From Clostridiales bacterium (GTDB lineage Bacteria; Bacillota; Clostridia; Christensenellales; Aristaeellaceae): a DNA stretch of 32,000 nt. Below are positions 24,588 through 31,933 of the stretch, piece after piece. A model generated the notes under the pieces. That model ran no database searches. It was given only the letters and a program-made list of their open reading frames with translations, and had not been told where the DNA came from. A program made the translations under genes and the position numbers. The stretch's first letter is position 1, and each line of letters starts with the position of its first letter. The stretch lies in NCBI GenBank assembly GCA_004556155.1, contig SFIM01000002.1:15708-47707 (forward strand). Direction: 5' to 3'.

Positions 24588-25078
24588 TTGGTCTCTCCCA
24601 ATGCTTTTGTGGTAATGTCCTCGCCATTTAAGGCACAATAGACCATATTATCGCCGTCATAGATAAACTTAAGCGAGAAAAACTCGTCCGTCTTCAGCAA
24701 TAGATCCAGGAAAATGCGATCCCCCTGCCACAGGTTCAGCTGCGGCACATCGCTCAGCGGCACCCAGCGCAGATCGCCCTCGTTGCAATCCTGCGTCAAT
24801 TCACCCTGGGCCTGCGCGGTATAGAGGAAAATATACTCGCTGTCCCAACCGGGGCTGATAAAGGTAAGCAGTCCGCGCATGCGCGGATGCACCAGCGTAA
24901 GCCCCGTTTCTTCCATCACCTCGCGGGCAATGCACTCCTCAGGCGATTCATCCGTTTCCAGCTTGCCGCCCACACCGATCCACTTGCCCTCGTTCACATC
25001 ATGCTGCTTTTTTACGCGATGCAGCATCAGATAGCAGCCGCCGCGCTCGATATAGCACAGGGTTGATAGCTTCATCAT
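24584..25078 (-). CDS. NUDIX hydrolase (MutT/8-oxo-dGTPase-like)
   Basis: Nudix box GKLETDESPEECIAREVMEETGL, with a YIERGGCYLMLHR N-terminus typical of MutT-like proteins. Confidence 0.8.
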   Translation of the reverse strand: MMKLSTLCYIERGGCYLMLHRVKKQHDVNEGKWIGVGGKLETDESPEECIAREVMEETGLTLVHPRMRGLLTFISPGWDSEYIFLYTAQAQGELTQDCNEGDLRWVPLSDVPQLNLWQGDRIFLDLLLKTDEFFSLKFIYDGDNMVYCALNGEDITTKALGETK

Positions 25079-25088
25079 GGCAAACGCC

Positions 25089-25301
25089 TCACTGCTTAGG
25101 CGGGCGCTCGGTCAGCTTTTCCCGATGGCCGTCCTCATACTGAATATAAGTATTATTCAGCTGCTGCTTAAAGCCCTCGCGGAAATCCTTCAAATACTCC
25201 GCGCGCAGCTCGGCCTGTTCCTTCAATTCGTCCTCGGTCAACCCAACGGTCTTTTTTTTGCGCGCCAGCTCGTTAATGCGCGCCACCTGTTCCTTAGTCA
25301 T
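25089..25301 (-). CDS. DUF896 (UPF0291, YnzC-like) protein
   Basis: 70 aa. VARINELARKKKTVGLTEDELKEQAELRAEYLKDFREGFK parallels B. subtilis YnzC ([36 protein letters not shown]). Confidence 0.75.
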   Translation of the reverse strand: MTKEQVARINELARKKKTVGLTEDELKEQAELRAEYLKDFREGFKQQLNNTYIQYEDGHREKLTERPPKQ

Positions 25302-26245
25302 GCGTAATTGCTCCTTTTCTTAAACACGAATCCGCATATCGCCGGCAGAGCCAGCAGCAGCACATAGGGCACATACAGCAGGAAACGGCTGATGCCCGAA
25401 CGATCGATCATAAACTCCAGCCCGATCACGCCGCCCGCCACCAGGGCGATCACGCCCAGCGCCAGCCATACCGGCCAGCCACGCCCCAGTCGCTTGGCAT
25501 AACGGCGGGCAAAGATCAGCAGAGCCGCTGCGAACATCACTGCGTACAACAGCATTTGCAGGCTGACAAAGGACTCGCGCATATGCGCGTCAAAGCGCAG
25601 GCTTTCCCACAGCACCTGCGTGCAGCCAAACAGCAGCATGGCCGAAAGCAGGGTATCGCCGTCGCGCTTGCCGTGCAGCAACCCCGGCAGCAGCGTCACG
25701 GCCAGGATCAGCGCACATAGCGCTTCCAGCACATAGGTTTTCAGATACAGGGCGTATTCATCACCCGTAACCAGCCAACCCTGCCGCAACACCTCGCTGA
25801 CCAGCGCGCGGCTGCGCCCCAGCATTTCGGTATACTGCTCGCCGACACGGGCAAAGGCGATAAACACCAGCAGCGCCGGCACCATCATATCCAGCATGCG
25901 CCGAGCCGGAACCGCAAGAATTTTGGCCGCAATCACCGCCGCCAGCGCCGCGCCAAGCAGCGCGCCGACCATGGAGTGGCCGCCGCCCCAGAAGCACAGC
26001 ATCGCCCGCAGCGAAAAGATGCCGCGAAAGCGCCCATCCAACAGGCAGAACAGCACGCGCGAGCAGGCAACGCCCAGCGGCATAGCCAGCACCGCATACA
26101 GCGGAGCCGCGCCCGCAGGCATGCGCCGCGCGCGGCAGCACAGCGCCAGCACAATCACCGCCGCCAGCGCACCCAGGGCGATATGCAGCCCGTAATAGTA
26201 AATCTTGATATTTCCAAGCAGGAAATAGGCAGCTTCATCCAGCAT
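25298..26245 (-). CDS. Divergent Lgt (prolipoprotein diacylglyceryl transferase)-like polytopic membrane protein
   Basis: 315 aa with about 7 TM helices. It is collinear with Lgt landmarks (YYYGLHIALG; WGGGHSMVG; FARVGEQY; VLEALCALIL), but the signature residues are substituted. Confidence 0.5.
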   Translation of the reverse strand: MLDEAAYFLLGNIKIYYYGLHIALGALAAVIVLALCCRARRMPAGAAPLYAVLAMPLGVACSRVLFCLLDGRFRGIFSLRAMLCFWGGGHSMVGALLGAALAAVIAAKILAVPARRMLDMMVPALLVFIAFARVGEQYTEMLGRSRALVSEVLRQGWLVTGDEYALYLKTYVLEALCALILAVTLLPGLLHGKRDGDTLLSAMLLFGCTQVLWESLRFDAHMRESFVSLQMLLYAVMFAAALLIFARRYAKRLGRGWPVWLALGVIALVAGGVIGLEFMIDRSGISRFLLYVPYVLLLALPAICGFVFKKRSNYA

Positions 26246-26247
26246 GA

Positions 26248-27255
26248 TTATTTGCTCCAGGTTTCAGGGTCAACAGCGGTGGCAAAGTAGATAAAATCGC
26301 TCTGCTGGCGCTCGTTTTTGATAGTACGGCCGGTCTGATAGTATTCGCCGTTGAAAATCATGGTGGCGGAGTTTCCGCCGTCCAGGTTATAGGCCTGGGT
26401 GCAGTGCAGCTCGTTAAACATAAAGTCCGCCAGCGTCTGCTGGGTCACGCCGTTGGAGCTGCTGCTGCGTCCCTCGGCCAGCGCCACCACATAGGTCAGC
26501 TTGTCCACCTGGCCGATAGCCATGCGCGGCTCCTTGCCGTTGGGATTATAGCCGTACTCCTTGTCCACGGTCAGCAGCTGCCCATCCTTTACCAAGGCAG
26601 GGCCAAAGGTGAAGGCGTTGATTACACTCAGCCCCGTGCCCTTAAAAGCGTCCATATCCGCCTGATTGGACTTGATAAACAGGTGGAAGTCGCCGTTTTC
26701 ATCAATAAAGAGGATATCCTTTTTCTTGTTGGTTTTGGCCTTGCGGGTTTCGCCCATGCGGATTTCGTAGGTCTTTTTGGTTTCCTGATCGGCAAAGTAA
26801 TCGCCGTTGATAGCCAGCACCGCATGATACTCCTTGGCCATGGCGCTGATATAGGTGGAACGGTTACTGGTTGCCTTGGAGCCCGCGATGCCCGTGCGGA
26901 GCTGGGAAGCATCCTTGATCTGCACATAGCCGATACGCCAGATCACCCCGTCCTCCTCGCGGGTTTCCATGCGGATGGTCAGCGAGTCATCCTGATAGCC
27001 GTCCTCGGTATAGTCATCAGGATTCGGCTGCATGCCGGCAGAAAAGTCAATTGGCAGTGCGTAGGAAGTCTCCTCCTGCGCTTCCTCGGCATTGGCGGTA
27101 GGAACCAGCCAACGGATCAAACCGCTGTCCCAGTCCTCATCCGCCCAGGTATCCTGATATTCCTCCAGCATGCTGCCCGAGGGCACGGCAAAAGGCAGGG
27201 CCAGGATCATCAGCGCCGCCATGGCGCACAGCAAAATCCGGATAGAAAGCTTCAT
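26248..27255 (-). CDS. Phosphodiester glycosidase family (NAGPA/DUF2233-like) secreted protein
   Basis: N-terminal signal/TM. AINGDYF, PRMAIGQ...VVALAEGR and AYNLDGGNSATM match the family signature. Confidence 0.7.
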   Translation of the reverse strand: MKLSIRILLCAMAALMILALPFAVPSGSMLEEYQDTWADEDWDSGLIRWLVPTANAEEAQEETSYALPIDFSAGMQPNPDDYTEDGYQDDSLTIRMETREEDGVIWRIGYVQIKDASQLRTGIAGSKATSNRSTYISAMAKEYHAVLAINGDYFADQETKKTYEIRMGETRKAKTNKKKDILFIDENGDFHLFIKSNQADMDAFKGTGLSVINAFTFGPALVKDGQLLTVDKEYGYNPNGKEPRMAIGQVDKLTYVVALAEGRSSSSNGVTQQTLADFMFNELHCTQAYNLDGGNSATMIFNGEYYQTGRTIKNERQQSDFIYFATAVDPETWSK

Positions 27256-27278
27256 TTTGTGTTTCTCCTATTCGTTAT

Positions 27279-28775
27279 TTAGTAGCCGTAGGTATCCAGA
27301 TAGTCCCGCATCAGCGGGGTGATATCCAGGCCGCTACGGTCTGTAAAGAACTGCTCAAAGTCTGCGCGGCTGGCACGCTTGAATGCAAATGCATCGCAGT
27401 ATTCACGCAGCAGCTTGTCCATCTGCCCGCCGGTCATCTCATCCAGCGCCAGCGGCAGAGCTGCGCCGCGGCCATATACCACCGTGGCGTAGGTTTGCAG
27501 CGAGCCAAAGTAATATATGGGCGAACCGGGCGTAACTGTCTGATTGATTTTCTCACGCATAGGCGCGTCCACGCGCAGGATGCGCAGGTTTTCATAGGCG
27601 TTCGCGCCGTATTTTTCGCGGGCATAGCGCAGCATGGCATATTCGCACAGCGCTTCATCCTGCCATGCGTCCGTCACCTGATCGCTGCCTACTAATGCGT
27701 AAAACCACTGGTGTGCCGTTTCGTGAGCCAGCATCAGCTCCAGCGAATCAGCCTGGCTTTCAGCCATCCAATCACGGCCGATGAAGATCAGACCCGGATA
27801 TTCCATGCCGCCCAGCGGGAAATCCACCTCGCACACCGTTAGCTGATCGTAGGCATACGCGCCGTACAGACGCGCGTAGGTTTTAAGCGCTTCCGCCGCA
27901 TAGCCAGCCGCACGACCGGCCGCCTTTTGATCACCCGCATGGGCCGTAACCGTTACGCCGTTCACGCTTTTTTGTGCCGTCTGCCAGCTTGCGCTCAGCG
28001 CGAAGGCAAAATCACGCATGGCATCGCCCTGCATGGTATAGCGCATACGGCCGTCCGCCATCGTTTTCACGCTGGGCTTGGCGCTGGCAACGCAGACATA
28101 GCCAGCCGGTGCAACCAGCGTGACCTCATAGTTGGAGCAATCGCTGATAAAGGGATCGCCGACGGCGCAGTACGCATCCGTGCGCCACGCGCCGTTTTCC
28201 CATACGGATAAAATTGGCAGCGCATTGCCAAACTGCCACACCGCGCCGTCCGTGCCGAAGCGATGGGCGCAGCGGGGAACCGTCAGCTCGCAGCGCAGCA
28301 GCAACCGGCCGCTAACTCCCGGCGCAAGGCTTCCTACCGGCACATGCAGCACCGTTTGAGCCGCATCGGCAAAACTTGCCTGGACGACCTGATCATTCCA
28401 CCACACACCCTCCAGCCGGATGCCGCCTGGCGAAAAGCCGTTCGGATAGCAGGCATCGTAGACCTCCTCAATGGCCGCAGGGCTGGTCTCCTCATCGGCA
28501 TACGCGCCCGCCCAGGTGCGCAGGACAAGCTCCTGCAGCGTATCGCCGGTGCGGTTGGTATAATCCAGCGTCAGCGTAACGGCCAGCGTGCTTTGCTCGG
28601 GACGGAAGACCAGATCATACCGGTAAGTATCCAGCCCATCCCGATATGCCTGAGCGCGGGTCTGCGCCGCAGCGCGCGGCCATAAAATCCAGGCCAGCAG
28701 CACCCCCACAAGCAGCAGAGCCGCGCAGGCAAAAAAGCATACCGTGCGCTTTCGTATTATACTACGTTTCGACAT
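27279..28775 (-). CDS. Membrane-anchored M1-family (gluzincin) metallopeptidase
   Basis: N-terminal TM helix. HETAH followed by exactly 18 residues then E (HEXXH-X18-E). Confidence 0.8.
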   Translation of the reverse strand: MSKRSIIRKRTVCFFACAALLLVGVLLAWILWPRAAAQTRAQAYRDGLDTYRYDLVFRPEQSTLAVTLTLDYTNRTGDTLQELVLRTWAGAYADEETSPAAIEEVYDACYPNGFSPGGIRLEGVWWNDQVVQASFADAAQTVLHVPVGSLAPGVSGRLLLRCELTVPRCAHRFGTDGAVWQFGNALPILSVWENGAWRTDAYCAVGDPFISDCSNYEVTLVAPAGYVCVASAKPSVKTMADGRMRYTMQGDAMRDFAFALSASWQTAQKSVNGVTVTAHAGDQKAAGRAAGYAAEALKTYARLYGAYAYDQLTVCEVDFPLGGMEYPGLIFIGRDWMAESQADSLELMLAHETAHQWFYALVGSDQVTDAWQDEALCEYAMLRYAREKYGANAYENLRILRVDAPMREKINQTVTPGSPIYYFGSLQTYATVVYGRGAALPLALDEMTGGQMDKLLREYCDAFAFKRASRADFEQFFTDRSGLDITPLMRDYLDTYGY

Positions 28776-28807
28776 GGGCTGTCACCCCCCGGCATCGTAA
28801 ATTTTTG

Positions 28808-28871
28808 TGAATATTCGCCCCGGATCGCCTGTTTCGGGGCTAAATATCATCATACAATGAATATTCGCCCC
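28808..28871. repeat. Exact 14-bp direct repeat TGAATATTCGCCCC, two copies 50 bp apart
   Basis: Copies at 28808-28821 and 28858-28871. One lies in the spacer of the M1-operon promoter and the other in its 5' leader. Confidence 0.85.
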
Positions 28872-28877
28872 TGTAAA
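28849..28877 (-). promoter_or_regulatory. Sigma-A promoter of the six-gene M1-to-VanW operon
   Basis: Minus strand reads TTTACA-17 nt-TATGAT. The 17-nt spacer is GGGGCGAATATTCATTG, which is one copy of the repeat. Confidence 0.55.
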
Positions 28878-28880
28878 GGC

Positions 28881-28909
28881 AAAAAGAGGCTTGCAATTGC
28901 AAACTTTTC
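28881..28909 (+). promoter_or_regulatory. Candidate promoter of the GNAT gene with a perfect 12-bp palindrome at its -35
   Basis: TTGCAA-17 nt-TATCCT. TTGCAATTGCAA (28881-28892) is a perfect palindrome. An alternative register is TTGCAA (28887-28892) -16 nt- TATCAT. Confidence 0.45.
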
Positions 28910-28963
28910 GCGGTATCCTATCATGGTGTTTATTGTGCGCATGCAAAGGAGAGGTTTTTTACC

Positions 28964-30103
28964 ATGACCGAATACCGCCTGGCCAGGCCGCAGGAAGAAG
29001 CGGACGTACTGGATTTTATCAACATGGTTTTCAGCATGCACTCGCAGCCGCATGATTTTGCCGCGCTGCTGCCCAAGGTGTACGCCCATCCTGGCTTTGC
29101 CCGCTATCATTATGTGGCGGTGGAGGACGGCCATATTCGCGGCACGGTGGCGCTGCTGCCCCTGACGCTGCGGGTGGAGGAAAACTGCGCCCTCAAGGCG
29201 GGCTATATCGGCTCGGTTGCGGTGCATCCCTATTCGCGCGGCGCGGGCCACATGAAGGCACTGATGCGCATGGCCCTGACCGATGCGGAGGCGCAGGGCT
29301 ACGATCTGCTGGCGCTGGGTGGGCGGCGACAGCGCTATGCCTATTTCGGCTTTGAAAAGGGCGGCCAGCGGCTGACCTTTTCACTCAACAGCGATAACGT
29401 GCGCCACGCCATGGCAGATGTGGATGAAGATGCCGTGCGCATCCGCGAGGTAACAGACGCGCAGGACACGGTGCTGGAAGACGTATGGCAGCTGAGCCGC
29501 CGTCAGATGCTTACCTGCGAGCGTGACCGTGAACGCCTGCTGGATATCTTTCATTCCTGGCATAACGCCCTGTATGTGCTGGAGGACGCGCGGCAGGACG
29601 GCACATTCCTGGGGTACCTGAACGCCTCGGGCGATCAGATCTGCGAGTTGGCGCTGCTGGACGAACGCCGCCTGGCAGAGACGCTCAAGGCCTGGATGCG
29701 CGGCCGCGCCAAGGCGGGCATCACCGTGCCCATGTACCAGCGCGTGCGTGCAAGCTATCTTAAGAGCATTGCGGAAAATTACACGGTAACCGACGCGCAC
29801 ATGCTGCGCGTAATCAACTGGCGGCATACGCTGGAAACGCTGCTGACCTTCAAGTCGGGCTATCAGCCCCTGTGCGACGGACGGTTTGTGTTTGAGGTAG
29901 AGGACGGCGGCCGCTATCTCATCCAGGTGCGCGATCATGAGGTGGTTGTGCGCGACACGCAGGAAGCGCCCGCTCTGTGCTTTACCCAGCAGCGCGCGGC
30001 GGAGTTCTTCTTCTCCCCCTATTCGGCGCTGATGGAGGCTTCGCCCATGCTCAAGTCTTTCCTGCCCGCGCCCTTTGAAATCCCCTCGGCGGACGCTTTT
30101 TAA
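28964..30103 (+). CDS. Eis-like GNAT N-acetyltransferase with C-terminal SCP2-like domain
   Basis: 379 aa. Acetyl-CoA-binding region YIGSVAVHPYSRGAGHMKALM, with the length and three-part layout typical of the Eis family. AAAGGAGAGG SD lies upstream. Confidence 0.7.
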   Translation: MTEYRLARPQEEADVLDFINMVFSMHSQPHDFAALLPKVYAHPGFARYHYVAVEDGHIRGTVALLPLTLRVEENCALKAGYIGSVAVHPYSRGAGHMKALMRMALTDAEAQGYDLLALGGRRQRYAYFGFEKGGQRLTFSLNSDNVRHAMADVDEDAVRIREVTDAQDTVLEDVWQLSRRQMLTCERDRERLLDIFHSWHNALYVLEDARQDGTFLGYLNASGDQICELALLDERRLAETLKAWMRGRAKAGITVPMYQRVRASYLKSIAENYTVTDAHMLRVINWRHTLETLLTFKSGYQPLCDGRFVFEVEDGGRYLIQVRDHEVVVRDTQEAPALCFTQQRAAEFFFSPYSALMEASPMLKSFLPAPFEIPSADAF

Positions 30104-30105
30104 GC

Positions 30106-30134
30106 TTGACAGCCGCCCCTTCGTTTGGTATGAT
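30106..30134 (+). promoter_or_regulatory. Sigma-A promoter of the ABC-F gene
   Basis: TTGACA (30106-30111) -17 nt- TATGAT (30129-30134), starting 3 nt after the GNAT stop. Confidence 0.7.
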
Positions 30135-30333
30135 AAAGTTACCATAGACAGAAAGGGATGAAAAAATGCGCAACTAATCCGGCTTTGACAAAACGATAAC
30201 AATGGCTATCCGCAGTGCGGAGCATTGTTTGCGTGTGTCAAAACGGAATAGCGGCGTAGATAGGCGGCGTGTTTTTGGCGTGCTGCTGTTTGCCTCCGTT
30301 TTTGGCCCACGCTGCGGGGAAACGGAGGTTTTT
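30135..30333 (+). promoter_or_regulatory. Structured ~200-nt leader with mini-uORF and SD-sequestering hairpin (attenuator candidate)
   Basis: uORF ATG CGC AAC TAA at 30166-30177 has AAAGGG 8 nt upstream. Segment 1 is TTTGACA (30184-30190). Segment 2 is TGTCAAAACGGA (30236-30247). Segment 3 is CCTCCGTTTT (30293-30302). Segment 4 is AAACGGAGG (30320-30328), which contains the SD of ATG 30334. Mutually exclusive pairings are 1:2, 2:3 and 3:4. Confidence 0.5.
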
Positions 30334-31902
30334 ATGTTATCAGTTCGTCATCTCTCCATTCAGCACCGGCAGGATCTGCGCCCGCTGGTCGATGACCTTT
30401 CCTTCACCGTATCCGGTCAGGATCGCCTGGCCATCATCGGCGAGGAGGGCAACGGCAAATCCACGGTGCTTAAAATACTATATCAGCCCACGTTGGCAGA
30501 CGACTATGCGCTCTTCAGCGGCCAGGTCGACCGTTCGGGCGAACGGCTGGCCTATCTGCCCCAGGAGCTGCCCGAAGCGTGCCGCGAGCTGCCCGTATAC
30601 GCCTTCTGCGCACAGTGCGAGGCCTTCCTGGAAGCCCCGCCGCGCGAGGTGCATACCCTGTGCGCCCAGCTTCGGCTGCCCGTCGAGCTGTGCTACGCCG
30701 AATGCCCAATGAAATCGCTTTCAGGCGGTGAAAAAATCAAGCTGCAATTGCTGCTGCTTCTGTGCGCGCACCCAACCCTCCTGCTGCTGGACGAGCCCAG
30801 CAACGATCTGGATCTGAGCGCGCTGGACTTTCTGGAGCGCTTCATCTGCACCTGCGGCCTGCCGGTGATCTACATCTCCCACGATGAAACGCTGCTGTCC
30901 CGCACAGCCACGCGTGTGCTGCATCTGGAGCTTACGCATCACAAAAAGGAGCCGCGCTGGACGCTGGCCAACGTTCCCTACGATGAATACATGTCCCGCC
31001 GAGCGCAGCAGCTATCCCTGCAGGAAAGCCGGGCGCAGATAGAAAAGCGCCAGGAGCGCATCCGACAGGAGAAATTCGAGCGCATCCTCAATGCCGTCGA
31101 TCACGCGCAGGCGACCATCTCGCGCGGAGATCCGCATGGCGCACGGCTGCTAAAGAAGAAGATGCAGGCCGTCAAATCGCTGGAGCGCCGCTACGAGCGC
31201 GAACGCGAGAATCAGACGCAGCGGCCCAACATCGAATACGCTATCGACGCTTCCTTCGTGGGCAGTCATGCCCTGCCCGCAGGCAAGGTGGCGCTAGATA
31301 TCTCCCTGCCTGCGCTTTGCGTGGAAGGCCGCACGCTCAGCCGCGATATCTCCCTGCGCATGCAGGGCACGGATAAGGTGCTGCTGATCGGCGATAACGG
31401 CTGCGGCAAGACGACGCTGCTGCGCAGGCTTGCGCAGAATCTGCTGGCGCGCGATGATATCCGCGCTGCCTATATGCCCCAGCGCTATGAAGAAACAATG
31501 GATGAAGACCAGAGCGCCATTGCCTATCTGCACACGCGCGGCGGCAAGGAGCAGCTGACCCGCCTGCGCACGTATCTGGGCGCGTTCAAGTTTTCCACCG
31601 AGGAGATGGAACATCCCATCCGCTCACTTTCGGGCGGGCAAAAGGCCAAGCTGTTTTTCCTCAGGATGATCCTGGAGGACGCAAACGTGCTGCTCTTGGA
31701 CGAGCCCACCCGCAACCTGTCGCCCCTGTCCGCCCCTGTCATCCGCGCGCTGCTGCTGGATTTTCCCGGCGCCATCCTGGCCGTCACTCATGACCGTCTG
31801 CTGATGCAGCAGTGGCCCGGCCGCGTGCTGCGCCTGACGGAGAATGGGCTGAGCGACGTAACGGCGGCGGTAAAATCGCAGAGCGGCGCAGTTGGGGCTT
31901 GA
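30334..31902 (+). CDS. ABC-F family ATPase (two NBDs, no transmembrane domain)
   Basis: Walker A GEEGNGKST and GDNGCGKTT. Signatures LSGGEKIKL and LSGGQKAKL. Walker B LLLLDEPSNDLD and VLLLDEPTRNL. A charged linker of about 100 aa separates the NBDs. Start at ATG 30334 has GGAGG 5 nt upstream. The in-frame upstream ATG at 30202 has no SD and lies in the leader. Confidence 0.85.
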   Translation: MLSVRHLSIQHRQDLRPLVDDLSFTVSGQDRLAIIGEEGNGKSTVLKILYQPTLADDYALFSGQVDRSGERLAYLPQELPEACRELPVYAFCAQCEAFLEAPPREVHTLCAQLRLPVELCYAECPMKSLSGGEKIKLQLLLLLCAHPTLLLLDEPSNDLDLSALDFLERFICTCGLPVIYISHDETLLSRTATRVLHLELTHHKKEPRWTLANVPYDEYMSRRAQQLSLQESRAQIEKRQERIRQEKFERILNAVDHAQATISRGDPHGARLLKKKMQAVKSLERRYERERENQTQRPNIEYAIDASFVGSHALPAGKVALDISLPALCVEGRTLSRDISLRMQGTDKVLLIGDNGCGKTTLLRRLAQNLLARDDIRAAYMPQRYEETMDEDQSAIAYLHTRGGKEQLTRLRTYLGAFKFSTEEMEHPIRSLSGGQKAKLFFLRMILEDANVLLLDEPTRNLSPLSAPVIRALLLDFPGAILAVTHDRLLMQQWPGRVLRLTENGLSDVTAAVKSQSGAVGA

Positions 31903-31927
31903 CATCCCAGATAATATTTCCTATAAT
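31899..31927 (+). promoter_or_regulatory. Consensus sigma-A promoter
   Basis: TTGACA-17 nt-TATAAT, both hexamers perfect. The -35 overlaps the ABC-F stop codon. Confidence 0.75.
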
Positions 31928-31933
31928 GAAACA

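Noticed and set aside
28825-28846. GCCCCG-N12-CGGGGC hairpin, considered as a terminator
   Set aside because: There is no U-tract on either strand, and it lies inside the 5' leader of the M1 operon. It is more likely a leader structure.
30158-30199. 13-codon ORF MKKCATNPALTKR as the leader peptide
   Set aside because: This is only down-weighted, not fully rejected. Its ATG directly abuts the GGG of the SD (spacing about 1 nt), whereas the nested 3-codon uORF has 8-nt spacing. Which one is translated needs experiment.
30262-30286. GGCGTG-TTTTT-GGCGTG in the ABC-F leader, considered as an intrinsic terminator
   Set aside because: The GC-rich elements are direct repeats, not inverted, so no stem precedes the T-run.
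30202-30333. In-frame 44-codon N-terminal extension of the ABC-F ORF
   Set aside because: No SD precedes ATG 30202. The extension lies inside the structured leader. ATG 30334 has GGAGG at 5 nt and gives the usual ABC-F N-terminus immediately before Walker A.
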